DNA of 64,000 nucleotides from Candidatus Marinarcus sp. (GTDB lineage Bacteria; Campylobacterota; Campylobacteria; Campylobacterales; Arcobacteraceae): NCBI RefSeq assembly GCF_048571275.1, contig NZ_CP182357.1, positions 1,142,125 to 1,206,124 of the forward strand, read 5' to 3'. Shown piece by piece: positions 40,540 to 50,220 of this stretch (position 1 is its first letter; each line of letters starts with the position of its first letter). The notes under the pieces were generated by a model. It saw only the letters and a program-made list of their open reading frames with translations, ran no database searches and was not told where the DNA came from. The position numbers and the translations under genes were made by a program.

Positions 40540-41688
40540 TTATAATTTTAAACCTTCTATATATACATACTCTTGATCCACAAACTCTTCTTTATGTAAT
40601 GTTGGGATTAATATCTCATCAATATATTTGTCTCCTGTTGGCGAAGGCTCTTGTTGAGACACTTTATCAGAATCAATAGGTCTATGTGAGTCATTTGTTT
40701 TAATAGCATATAATAGTTCATCATAGCCAGGTTTCCAAATTTGTAATTCTGAAAAAATATTTTTAATTGTGTTAAATATATTTATACCCGAGTAATCCAT
40801 ATCCCCCCAAAAGTAAACATTAATATTCATTTCGTAATTATTATAAATCCAATCTTTAAATACCTGTCTGCCTTTCTTATCTAATTGACAATTTTCTTCA
40901 AAAAAAAGTTTACTTCCATCTGTTTTTCTAAGCCTCTTTGCAGCAGCTTTAAATCCTGATGAATAAATTATAAGATAATCGTTAAATATGGAATTTTTGC
41001 TATCAATAATTTCAGTATAAGTGTCTAGGTTTTCAATGAATAAGATATTTTTAAAGTGTTCTCTAAATGATTTAATATGGAGAACAATAGGTGATGGCTT
41101 AAGGCAACAGTGCTCTATAATTTCAGTTTTTTTATCAAGAATCTTTGACAATCCCCAAAAGTATTTAGCACTAATATGTCGTACTGACATATTACAATTA
41201 TCAGAAGTTAGTAAATTTATGAATTTTTGTAAAACCTCTTCTTCTGATTTAGATGGAACTTTTATTCTATTACGGATAATCAACTCTTTTAACTCTGCAG
41301 TACAATCTACTTCATTTACAAAGTCTAGCCATGTATCAAGTACAAGAGGTCTATTGTAAAATTGGCGTAATTCTCGTTCATATGCATAGTTAAAAATAAG
41401 TTTTGTAGATTCTTTTTCAGAAAATCGTTTAAAACTTTCTTTCTTTCGCTCCTCAATAGAAAAAATCTCTTTTTCTACTAACTTTAATAGTGCATCTTCA
41501 AGTTTTTTATCATCATTGAAATTCTTTGGACTATATAATGTTGGTAAATATTGATTATTGATAGGAACCTTTATTTTGTGACTTCTTAAATTAGAAGATT
41601 GTTGATCTAGTTTATCTAAAATCAAATGAAATATTTTTTTTATATCTTTAATCTGCAATTCATACTCAATTGATATTAAGCAATTCAT
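40540..41688 (-). CDS. jetD: Wadjet JetD TOPRIM nuclease (DUF3322+DUF2220-like)
   Basis: SAKYFWGLSKILD; FIENLDTY; YSSGFK; FWGDMDYSGI; last gene of the SMC operon; probable ATG 41688. Confidence 0.85.
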   Translation of the reverse strand: MNCLISIEYELQIKDIKKIFHLILDKLDQQSSNLRSHKIKVPINNQYLPTLYSPKNFNDDKKLEDALLKLVEKEIFSIEERKKESFKRFSEKESTKLIFNYAYERELRQFYNRPLVLDTWLDFVNEVDCTAELKELIIRNRIKVPSKSEEEVLQKFINLLTSDNCNMSVRHISAKYFWGLSKILDKKTEIIEHCCLKPSPIVLHIKSFREHFKNILFIENLDTYTEIIDSKNSIFNDYLIIYSSGFKAAAKRLRKTDGSKLFFEENCQLDKKGRQVFKDWIYNNYEMNINVYFWGDMDYSGINIFNTIKNIFSELQIWKPGYDELLYAIKTNDSHRPIDSDKVSQQEPSPTGDKYIDEILIPTLHKEEFVDQEYVYIEGLKL

Positions 41689-44600
41689 ATTCTTTTCTCC
41701 CTTCAATCTCGGCCAAATTAAATAATGAGGGTAATTCAGATTGAATTAATCTATTTATAGCTTCTGCATTGTTATTAGTATATTTACTCCATGTTTCATA
41801 ATTCAATTCTCCATTATGCTTATTTTTTGGAGGCAATTTTGCTATATTATAGTTTGAACAATCCATTTTTAATAATTCATTTGCACCTTTAGTAGGTAAT
41901 GCCATAATAACTTGAAATCCTAGTGTTTGATTGAGATAGTTGATTATCTCTTTTGCTCTGTCATCGTTTGTTTTTACAAAGCTTTCATCAATTAAAATTG
42001 TTTCAAGAGTTGATTTCTTAGCAATCATTGGATTAAGTGCAGAATGAAGATTAATTGAACGAATTATATAATAGGATGTTTCTCCTTGTCCTCCTGAGTT
42101 TTTTCCACTTTTACTTAAACTAACTTCTCTCATTCCATCTTTTTGGATAATATCATACTTAGCATAATTTCTATAATCTGAAATTCTTAGAAGTTCATTT
42201 TTATTTTTTCCAATAGTAAGAAATTTTTCCAGAAGCCTTTCTTTTGTTAAAGCTAGTTCTTTTCCATTAGCAATCGCAAAAAGATCTTTATTCTCTGCAA
42301 TTGCTTGAAATAAATTTCTATACTCTTCATATTCAGGATCCGCATCTTTTGTAACAAGAATAAATTGGTCATCTTCAAATTTATGTCTAGATAACATTGT
42401 AGAGAACTGGTCTATTTCTTGTCTTGATGTTTTTATATTACGATACATAGTTACGCAAAAACCATCAATGAATACTTCTTTAACTTTTTTTTCTCCATCT
42501 TCAATTTCTTTTTTAAATTTCATTTGGAGGGTATTTTCTAGCCTAGTAAATTCATTTTTTATTTTTATATTTTCAGCAAACAAACTTACAAAACCATCAA
42601 AAGAAAAGTTATACACAAGTATCTCAGGGTTTTCAATATAGTATATTTCTTTTTGCTCAAAAATCTTACTTTTGTTATAATTGTTAATTAATTTATTCCA
42701 ATCGTCTAATATGATATCTTTTACATGTTTAGGTTCTTGTGTAATATTTTCTGTAGAGACAATTTTTTCAATATCATAAGATGAATGCATTAAATTAGTT
42801 ATCTTGATTAGATTCTCTTTGTTAGAATTTAACGTTTCCGTAACTCTTTTTAAATCATTTTCAATATTTTCAAGTTCCTGATTTCTTCCTTTCTTAAGTA
42901 TATTTAGGTTTTTTAAATCCACTTTATTATCAATAATACTCTCTTCAATACCTTTGATTTGACTTTCTAGTTCCAGAATACTGTTATTTAATTCTTTGAA
43001 ATCAACAGTATTAAGAGATTGTATAATTTTTATATTGTTTTTATATCCAGTGTAGTTTTCTGCAAAGTTATTTATTAAGTTAGAAGCATTGATGTGAATA
43101 TTAGGAAAGTCACTTAAAAGTATTTTATTAATAATTCTACTCATAGGTAATTTTTCTCTTACTGCTATCAATCGGTTTTTTTCTATTAATAAATCATTTT
43201 TAAAGCCATCAAGCATTGACTGTAAAGCACTTTCTCCAAAGAAAAGTTCTCTTGCTTTGCAATAAAACATTAGCCCACCATTTACTGCCTTGTGGTCTTT
43301 TGTTATCCCTCTTTCGGCACTTTTTAATTGCAATTCATTCTCATAGCAAAGTACATTTCTATAGTTTTTTATAAGGTATGCTTTTGTAATTTCATTATCA
43401 ATAATAAGTTTATTAACTATAGAGTTTTCTTTAATTGAAGACTTGCCTATAATTGTTACATCATTAAGCATTTTCTCTGATTGTATTATCTTTAAATAAT
43501 TTAACTTGTTTGCTTTGACGATATTAATTGCTACAACTTCATGTCCTACTGGAACTATAATTGCAAATCTATTGTTCTTTAAAAAACCTTCTATTGATTC
43601 TGCCCAGTTTTTTTCATCATCTTTGAAATCTACATGTTGATATACCATTGATACTGTGATAGTTGGTAATGATGATTGAAGTATCTCAAATTGTTCCATT
43701 ACCTCTGTAGGACAAAAGATTTTATGATTCTCAATTTTTTGAATCTTACTTGTTAATTCAGATATATGCTTGATTATATCTTTCTCTTTGGTTTCAAGCT
43801 CTTTAATATTGTGTGATGAACTATTTTGTTTTTTTCTATAATCTTCACTCTGAATAAAAGATTTAAACAAGGGTTCAATAGTATTTAATTGCAGTAATGG
43901 GTTAAGAAAGGACTTCTCAAAGCCTTCACTATTAATTGTATCAGAAACTGAATATTGATAAGGGAGTAATTCATTGATGTTCATTTTTGAAAAGGTTTCC
44001 AAGTGATTCGATATCTCTTGTAACTCAAGGGAGTCATTTATTTCAAAGTCTTCATCTAATAGTGTTTTTATACTACTCCAAAAGTTTGTGGTCATCTTAT
44101 GTGATAATTGTCTTAATTCTTTTTTTATCTCACCAATAGTTTCAACTTGAAGTTTAATTTCGTCTTCTATTAATTCAATTTTCTGATATGATTCATTATG
44201 ATCTCTTTTTGAAAGAAGTGGATTGAGTTGCTTTGTTACTTTTTCTTTTTTTTTAATATCTGATTCGATATTTTTTTCTAACTGTTCAATTTTTTTATCA
44301 TTTTGCTCAAACTTCTTAAGTAGAGATTCTTTTAAATCATTTTTGATTTCCAAATGGTGTAACGCGAAAAGATAATGATCAGTAGCATTGCTTTCCCAAA
44401 GTGAAAGAATATTATCTATATTGGTGGAAAACTGTTTTAACTCTTTGTTTCCATCTTCAATAATCTTAGATTCTTCTTTTAATTCCTTTAGTGTAATAAG
44501 TGCATCAGATAGTCTAGAAACTTCTTCGTCCATTTTTTTCTCTTCTAAAAACTCTACTCTAATAAAAGTATTTAAATCACTTACCGGTCTGGCATATATA

Positions 44601-45247
44601 AAGTTTGCAAGTGCTTTTGCAGCTTTTTTAGCCTTGTCAATGCCTGTTCTATTTATTCCCCAAAGATTACCATATAAAAGTGTTAAATAATCTTCTTTTC
44701 TTTGAGTGAAAATAATATCTTCTCTAACGATAGATGAATTACGTTCAAAATTAGTATATAGATCGTTTCCGAATAAAACGATATTACCATCTAAAAGATC
44801 TTCTTTTTGTATCTCATAATTCTTAATAATAAAGAAGTTTATTCCATCGAGAACTGCTTTTCTTGATTTACTTTGTTCTTCCAACGAACACTTTATATTC
44901 ACTACGGCGCTAAAGATACATGGTATTTCTTGCTTGGTAGATACGAATGTCAAAACAATTGTGCCAACAGCACCATTAGGTCTAGAGTATAATTCTCTAT
45001 CTTCCCCTAGTACATATCCTTCAAGTTTTCTATACTCTTTATGCTTACTTTTTCTTTCACTCTCATCTTGACCTGCATTATAATTAACAATATTATTGTG
45101 TGCAGCAGTTAGTCCAGTTTGTATAGCATCTAAAAAGGTACTTTTTCCTACACCAGTTTGCCCTGTCAAAAAAACAAGATCGTCTAATTTATACTCTATG
45201 TTTTCCAAATTAGCCCAATTAATAGTTATAAATTTTTTAATCTTCAT
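41666..45247 (-). CDS. jetC: Wadjet JetC SMC-family ATPase
   Basis: Walker A GQTGVGKST; long coiled coils; signature NSGGQGE; Walker B ILIDESF; probable ATG 45247. Confidence 0.88.
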   Translation of the reverse strand: MKIKKFITINWANLENIEYKLDDLVFLTGQTGVGKSTFLDAIQTGLTAAHNNIVNYNAGQDESERKSKHKEYRKLEGYVLGEDRELYSRPNGAVGTIVLTFVSTKQEIPCIFSAVVNIKCSLEEQSKSRKAVLDGINFFIIKNYEIQKEDLLDGNIVLFGNDLYTNFERNSSIVREDIIFTQRKEDYLTLLYGNLWGINRTGIDKAKKAAKALANFIYARPVSDLNTFIRVEFLEEKKMDEEVSRLSDALITLKELKEESKIIEDGNKELKQFSTNIDNILSLWESNATDHYLFALHHLEIKNDLKESLLKKFEQNDKKIEQLEKNIESDIKKKEKVTKQLNPLLSKRDHNESYQKIELIEDEIKLQVETIGEIKKELRQLSHKMTTNFWSSIKTLLDEDFEINDSLELQEISNHLETFSKMNINELLPYQYSVSDTINSEGFEKSFLNPLLQLNTIEPLFKSFIQSEDYRKKQNSSSHNIKELETKEKDIIKHISELTSKIQKIENHKIFCPTEVMEQFEILQSSLPTITVSMVYQHVDFKDDEKNWAESIEGFLKNNRFAIIVPVGHEVVAINIVKANKLNYLKIIQSEKMLNDVTIIGKSSIKENSIVNKLIIDNEITKAYLIKNYRNVLCYENELQLKSAERGITKDHKAVNGGLMFYCKARELFFGESALQSMLDGFKNDLLIEKNRLIAVREKLPMSRIINKILLSDFPNIHINASNLINNFAENYTGYKNNIKIIQSLNTVDFKELNNSILELESQIKGIEESIIDNKVDLKNLNILKKGRNQELENIENDLKRVTETLNSNKENLIKITNLMHSSYDIEKIVSTENITQEPKHVKDIILDDWNKLINNYNKSKIFEQKEIYYIENPEILVYNFSFDGFVSLFAENIKIKNEFTRLENTLQMKFKKEIEDGEKKVKEVFIDGFCVTMYRNIKTSRQEIDQFSTMLSRHKFEDDQFILVTKDADPEYEEYRNLFQAIAENKDLFAIANGKELALTKERLLEKFLTIGKNKNELLRISDYRNYAKYDIIQKDGMREVSLSKSGKNSGGQGETSYYIIRSINLHSALNPMIAKKSTLETILIDESFVKTNDDRAKEIINYLNQTLGFQVIMALPTKGANELLKMDCSNYNIAKLPPKNKHNGELNYETWSKYTNNNAEAINRLIQSELPSLFNLAEIEGRKEYELLNIN

Positions 45248-45881
45248 TGTTAATCCTATCTTCCATATATGGGTCAATCATATTATCTCTTACTAAATCT
45301 CGAATATATTTCCTTATAATCAAAACATTATCACTACTTTCAAATACATTTTCTGAAAAATCAACAGCACGGAGTCTTTTTAATGTAGTTAATGCATTTT
45401 TTCTTTCAGTTTTATTTTCAGTGGGTATATAACCTAAGCTAGAACTCAATGCTATAGAAAATTCTTCGAATTCTACTTCTACTGAATAATCATCTAGTAT
45501 TGCATTCGACCTTAACTTTTGGTCATAAATTATTGCAAGTGCAATCAAATAAGCACTTTCTTCATTATTTAATTTTTGCGAAAAGCTATTACTAACCTCA
45601 ACCCCATTAACTTCATCAGGTGTTTTGGATGCAGGAGCAAAAATCCTTACATTTTGCTGGTCTGAATTATGGTACACTTGAACTCTCATTATGGCAAAAA
45701 AATCTTCTATATGGTTTTCAAAATCTACAAAGTAATCATATAATTCTGTTTCTCTAGTTGTATCTTCTCTAATAATGACACCTCTTTCTAATAAATAGTT
45801 TACTACATCAGAAAAAATCTCTATATCATGACCTTTAGGATTATTTTTTAATTCATCATCAAACTTATTATATATATTCAT
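45237..45881 (-). CDS. jetB: Wadjet JetB (KITE, DUF4194-like)
   Basis: YLLERGVIIRED; YLIALAIIYDQKL; 214 aa between jetA and jetC. Confidence 0.78.
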   Translation of the reverse strand: MNIYNKFDDELKNNPKGHDIEIFSDVVNYLLERGVIIREDTTRETELYDYFVDFENHIEDFFAIMRVQVYHNSDQQNVRIFAPASKTPDEVNGVEVSNSFSQKLNNEESAYLIALAIIYDQKLRSNAILDDYSVEVEFEEFSIALSSSLGYIPTENKTERKNALTTLKRLRAVDFSENVFESSDNVLIIRKYIRDLVRDNMIDPYMEDRINNED

Positions 45882-47278
45882 TATTTTTTCCTTGTAATTT
45901 GAAATCCCTCTGTTTTATAGTAAAAATGGTCATCATACGTATTAGTTTTTTTAATTTCATATAGCTCATCATTCTTTGTGATATAATCAATTGAAAAAAG
46001 AGAGAGTAATATGTCTTTTGATTTTTCAATAGGAAATTCTTTACTGAAAAGAACATTGCCATGGCTAAATAAAGATTCGATATATTGCTCTTGTTCATAT
46101 TGTGTATAACTGAACGCTTCTATCTTTTTCTTGTGGTATATACTATTAATTAATACGTCCAATGATATTTTACTTTCTTCTCCAATAACACAAACATCTT
46201 TATCTTTTGCAGCTTTGTTTTTAATCTTTACACCATTGGTATCATATATTTTTAATTTAGGGGAAGAGATATTTTGTGCAAAGCTATTAAGAAGTTTAAA
46301 CTTTGTTTCATTATCTGCATTTTTTATCTTTGTTGCAAAACTATATAACTTTTTATTGTTATTGAGCAATAATGCAGAGGTCTGTTTAAATATTTTGCCA
46401 CCACTACTGATATAACTTTGGACTTCTTTTTTTAAGGAAGGTAATTTCATTTCACAAGCGTTTAAAATACGGTCATTAATACTATGTAAAATTTTTTCTA
46501 ATGACTCATGCCTACTATAAAATGATATATACATTCCTTTATTTAAAGAAGATACTCTTTTTACTCTTTCTTCATTATTTTCTGATAAAATTTCGTAAAC
46601 AATTTCTTTAATATCATGTTGATATCTTTCTACAGAATCCTCTCCAAAACGATTTGCAATATCATTTTTAAATCTATTGCTTAAAAAGTCAAGAAAGTTT
46701 TCTCCGGCATCTTCAATACTCTCTCTTGCTTTTTGCATCAGTAGATTTTTTAATTCTTTTATATCATGGATGGCATCTGTTAAATCCGAGATAACTTCTT
46801 TAGAAGTATTAAACGCATCAAGTAAGTGCTGAGGGTCATTTTCTGTTTTATATGCTTCTAAAGAAAACTTGGTTTGCCTCACATTACGTTGCTTTGATAA
46901 ATCAATATCATTATCTTGCAATGAAAATATTAATTGTGCGAATTTCTTACCATATTTAGTAAAGGAAAAAAACTTAGTATGTTTAAATTGATTAGTTGGA
47001 AAATCAATCCATCCACATAATTTAAGTTTTGCAATAATATGATTTGCTTTAATATGGTCTTTTTGTATTTTGTCATTAGTTTCTTCGTCGTGCCAATCCA
47101 AACCACCAATAGCAGACAAAATAGTTCGCTTTACATCATCACGACTCATATCATCAAAAAATGTTGTATTATTGCCGTAGTTTGCATCATAAAGAGCAAC
47201 CAAGGAACGCTCAATCAATTCAGCATTCTTTCCTGTTAAAGCATTAAAAAATGAGTCATTAAACGATGTGGCATACAT
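45881..47278 (-). CDS. jetA: Wadjet JetA (kleisin, DUF5716-like)
   Basis: FFNALTGKN..LYD N-terminus; LKLCGWI; 465 aa; TAATG coupling to jetB. Confidence 0.75.
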   Translation of the reverse strand: MYATSFNDSFFNALTGKNAELIERSLVALYDANYGNNTTFFDDMSRDDVKRTILSAIGGLDWHDEETNDKIQKDHIKANHIIAKLKLCGWIDFPTNQFKHTKFFSFTKYGKKFAQLIFSLQDNDIDLSKQRNVRQTKFSLEAYKTENDPQHLLDAFNTSKEVISDLTDAIHDIKELKNLLMQKARESIEDAGENFLDFLSNRFKNDIANRFGEDSVERYQHDIKEIVYEILSENNEERVKRVSSLNKGMYISFYSRHESLEKILHSINDRILNACEMKLPSLKKEVQSYISSGGKIFKQTSALLLNNNKKLYSFATKIKNADNETKFKLLNSFAQNISSPKLKIYDTNGVKIKNKAAKDKDVCVIGEESKISLDVLINSIYHKKKIEAFSYTQYEQEQYIESLFSHGNVLFSKEFPIEKSKDILLSLFSIDYITKNDELYEIKKTNTYDDHFYYKTEGFQITRKK

Positions 47279-48079
47279 CTAGTTGTCCTCTTTAGTTTTT
47301 TCAAGCAGATCAACTAACTGTTTTAATAACTTTTGACCTTCGTCGTCAAGTTTTTTAGGATCAATATGCAAATGAGTTTGTTTAGATGTTATTTCGATTT
47401 TCCCCCATGTTCCTTTAAAAATATTTCTTTTATTAAGTTTAATTTCAGGTTTTGGTAACCGGTTACCATTATCTTTAATTAAGCTTAAAGCATCTTTTCT
47501 TGATAACCTGTTTTCAATTATTGTTTTAAGTAAAAGATCACTATTTTTTGCTTTGACAAGCTTTTCAAGCACCAATATATTTGAGTAATTGTGTTGCCTT
47601 GCAATGCTTTTAGTGTTATAGTCTAATTCAGATATCTTAATAATTTTACTGACATTTTCTCTTGATAGTCCAAGTGACTCACCAATTTCTTTATGTGTTT
47701 TTGCAAATCCATTATCTATTAGTGTTTTAAAAGAGTCTGATTTATCAATAATATTTAACTCTTCTCTTTGTAAGTTTTCAATTAAAGCTAAAAATAAATT
47801 CTCACTATCTGTTGTATCATCTTTTACAATGGCAGGAATTATTGAATATCTACCTTGATTAATATTATCACGTAGATATTGATATGCCAAAAGTCTTCTT
47901 TGTCCTGCAATAACTCTAAAAGGTAGATGTTTTGAAGATAAAACAATCGGTTGAAGTAATCCAAATTGTCTAATTGAGTTAGCTAAATCAATTATTGACT
48001 CTTGAGTATATGTTTTACGCGGTTGATTATTATGATTTAATATTTTATCAATATTATATTCAATTATTTTTACTTTCAT
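47279..48079 (-). CDS. parB: ParB/Spo0J-family CTPase-HTH protein abutting jetA
   Basis: NQPRK..LANSIRQFGLLQPI; AGQRRLLA arginine patch; ALIENLQREEL; HTH THKEIGESLGLSRENVSKI; TAG|ATG junction with jetA. Confidence 0.88.
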   Translation of the reverse strand: MKVKIIEYNIDKILNHNNQPRKTYTQESIIDLANSIRQFGLLQPIVLSSKHLPFRVIAGQRRLLAYQYLRDNINQGRYSIIPAIVKDDTTDSENLFLALIENLQREELNIIDKSDSFKTLIDNGFAKTHKEIGESLGLSRENVSKIIKISELDYNTKSIARQHNYSNILVLEKLVKAKNSDLLLKTIIENRLSRKDALSLIKDNGNRLPKPEIKLNKRNIFKGTWGKIEITSKQTHLHIDPKKLDDEGQKLLKQLVDLLEKTKEDN

Positions 48080-48087
48080 TATAAAAT

Positions 48088-48297
48088 CTACCTTTTCAAT
48101 GCTTTTATAACTATGTCTTTTTCTTTATTGTTAATATATAACTCCAACCAACTCACTATCCAATGTGGAACTTTCCTACCTTGTCTCTCTGTAGCCCAAC
48201 CTTTTAACGTATTGGGATTAACCTTTGTATATTTTATAAATTCTTCTTTAGACAAACTTGCTTCTTTTAGTTTTTCTAAAAATAAATCAAAGTTCAT
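48088..48297 (-). CDS. Small XRE-like HTH regulator
   Basis: 69 aa; LSKEEFIKYTKVNPNTLKGW..VPHWIVSWLELY; ends 8 nt before the parB ATG. Confidence 0.7.
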   Translation of the reverse strand: MNFDLFLEKLKEASLSKEEFIKYTKVNPNTLKGWATERQGRKVPHWIVSWLELYINNKEKDIVIKALKR

Positions 48298-48419
48298 TTA
48301 TATTCCTCTTAAATATCTATGATGTAGTTTACTTTTTGTTATATTAAAATTATATTATAATGATGTAAATTGATTATATATATACGTATATTAATATAAT
48401 ATCAATAGTAAAATAAGTA

Positions 48420-48530
48420 ATGATGAATGATTTAAAAGCTTTTGAAGTGTTTAAAAATGTTAGATGGAGTTCAAATGGTAAACTAGTTTGTCCTTATTGT
48501 GGTTCACATAAAAAACGTTTACAAATTTAA
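48420..48530 (+). pseudogene. IS1595-family transposase N-terminal zinc-ribbon fragment
   Basis: MMNDLKAFEVFKNVRWSSNGKLVCPYCGSHKKRLQI*; RW..G..CPxCG matches the IS1595 Zn-ribbon start; truncated at 36 aa. Confidence 0.6.
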
Positions 48531-48531
48531 C

Positions 48532-48555
48532 ATTTGCATTTTTAGTGAGAATTAC
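48532..48555 (+). repeat. Internal repeat, partial copy C
   Basis: ATTTGCATTTTTAGTGAGAATTAC matches the last 25 nt of copy A with one gap and one mismatch; 4 nt from the tnsE stop. Confidence 0.65.
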
Positions 48556-48559
48556 TATA

Positions 48560-50209
48560 CTATTTAATTTTTGTATATCTTTTAATGCCTAATTCTAGGT
48601 TTTTACGCCACAATTTAATTTTTTCTTCACTCATATCAATTCCATCATGCTTTGTCATAAAAAATTTACTAGCTCCAATGGCTTTTACATCTTCTAACAT
48701 TTGCTTATTGGTCTGATTTTTTAATATATTTATATTAAGCATAGTTTGAACTTGTGATTCACTAAATATTTCAGTAGATATAAAATACCAAGTATTCTTT
48801 TTCCAATAAATGTTATGCTCTACTTCAATAAAGTTTATAATTATATTCTTATAATTAAAATAGCCATATATCAAACGTCTAGCAACTTCTTTTTTAAAGT
48901 CTATAAAAAACTTATTAATATTTGATTCCTCAAAATTATCTAAATCAATAATCTCACTAATAGAAAATTCTTCAATCTTATTATTATCAATAAATGACTC
49001 AAACAATTCAAAAAAGTTTTCTATTTTAAAAGAGTTTTTTGTAATATCGTCATCAAGTAACTTTTGTTTAACTCTATTATTTCCGCTACCTTCACCTGGT
49101 CTATCAAGAGATTCATCTACTTCTTCATCAGTAACCTCATATGTTGTTCTTATATTATTTTGAATAATCTCATTTTTTTGAATGTTAATTTCTGAAAAGT
49201 CATATATATTTTCAACTTTAAATGATTCTTTGGATGTGGTATGTTTATCTGATGGTTTCTTTTCAGTAATTTTACCAGTAATGTGGGAATCTTTTTTTGG
49301 TATTTTTTTAGGTTCATCAGGATCAATTTTTTTAGTTTCTTCTGTTGTATTCTCTTTATAAACCTCGTGTTTTAAATTTTTAAAGTTATATGGTATTGTA
49401 TCTCCATAAATATGAGTAATTAATATAACATCTCTTTCATCAAAGGTTTCAAAATTATCTTTTGAATAAACATTTCCAAGATGGATTATTTTGCATTGAA
49501 TAATAAAATCTTCATGATCTTCAAAAGGAAAGCCCATATGAATTGGAATATAAAGGTTATCTATATGTTTATACTTTTCCTTGTAATGCGTTGTTTGTTT
49601 ATAAAAAAACATAAAATTTTTTTTCGATATCTCATTTGTAATCATTCTTGCAATTAAAGGTACTTGCTCATCTTTTAAAGTTTTTTTAGTTTTAATATAC
49701 AATGTATCGCCTATAAATTTGAAACCACTTTCTTCATAATATAATGTTGAGAATGATCCATTAGATAAAGCATTTTTTATACTTGATGACACAAAGTAAT
49801 ATCTATTTGCAACAACATAATTGGGTATCATATAAATATATCTTTTAGTTTCATAGAAGTAGCATTTTTGATTATAAAAAGCATCGCCTTCTTCGATTCC
49901 TATGTCATTAGGAAAACGAATATATTTTTTTATTTGAAAAGAATTTTTACTTGTAACTTTCTTTTTTGGAACAAATAACTTTTCGATTTTCATTCTATTC
50001 TCATGTTCTAAAGCATAGTTAGAATATACATTACCTAAAATATATTTACCTCTTAATTCTTCTGGTAATAGTAGTTCTTCATATTTTTCTAAACTATCAA
50101 TATCTTGAAAAATCACTTTATATCTATGAGGGTATTGGCAATTAATCTCATTAACTGCGATTAGTTTAAATTTGTTATTTGGATAATCTTCAAAACATTT
50201 TATTTTCAT
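48560..50209 (-). CDS. tnsE: TnsE-like target selector at the distal end of the element
   Basis: YMIPNYVVANRYYFVSSSIKNAL resembles the TnsE IPxLELARxxF motif; LIARMIT..F, GFPF, acidic linker and C-terminal IINFIEVE; ATG 50209 with GGAG RBS. Confidence 0.65.
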   Translation of the reverse strand: MKIKCFEDYPNNKFKLIAVNEINCQYPHRYKVIFQDIDSLEKYEELLLPEELRGKYILGNVYSNYALEHENRMKIEKLFVPKKKVTSKNSFQIKKYIRFPNDIGIEEGDAFYNQKCYFYETKRYIYMIPNYVVANRYYFVSSSIKNALSNGSFSTLYYEESGFKFIGDTLYIKTKKTLKDEQVPLIARMITNEISKKNFMFFYKQTTHYKEKYKHIDNLYIPIHMGFPFEDHEDFIIQCKIIHLGNVYSKDNFETFDERDVILITHIYGDTIPYNFKNLKHEVYKENTTEETKKIDPDEPKKIPKKDSHITGKITEKKPSDKHTTSKESFKVENIYDFSEINIQKNEIIQNNIRTTYEVTDEEVDESLDRPGEGSGNNRVKQKLLDDDITKNSFKIENFFELFESFIDNNKIEEFSISEIIDLDNFEESNINKFFIDFKKEVARRLIYGYFNYKNIIINFIEVEHNIYWKKNTWYFISTEIFSESQVQTMLNINILKNQTNKQMLEDVKAIGASKFFMTKHDGIDMSEEKIKLWRKNLELGIKRYTKIK

Positions 50210-50220
50210 CAATATTCTCC

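Noticed and set aside
48380-48391. 12-bp palindrome ATATACGTATAT upstream of the HTH gene
   Set aside because: Almost all A/T in a very AT-rich region, so likely chance; at most a weak operator candidate
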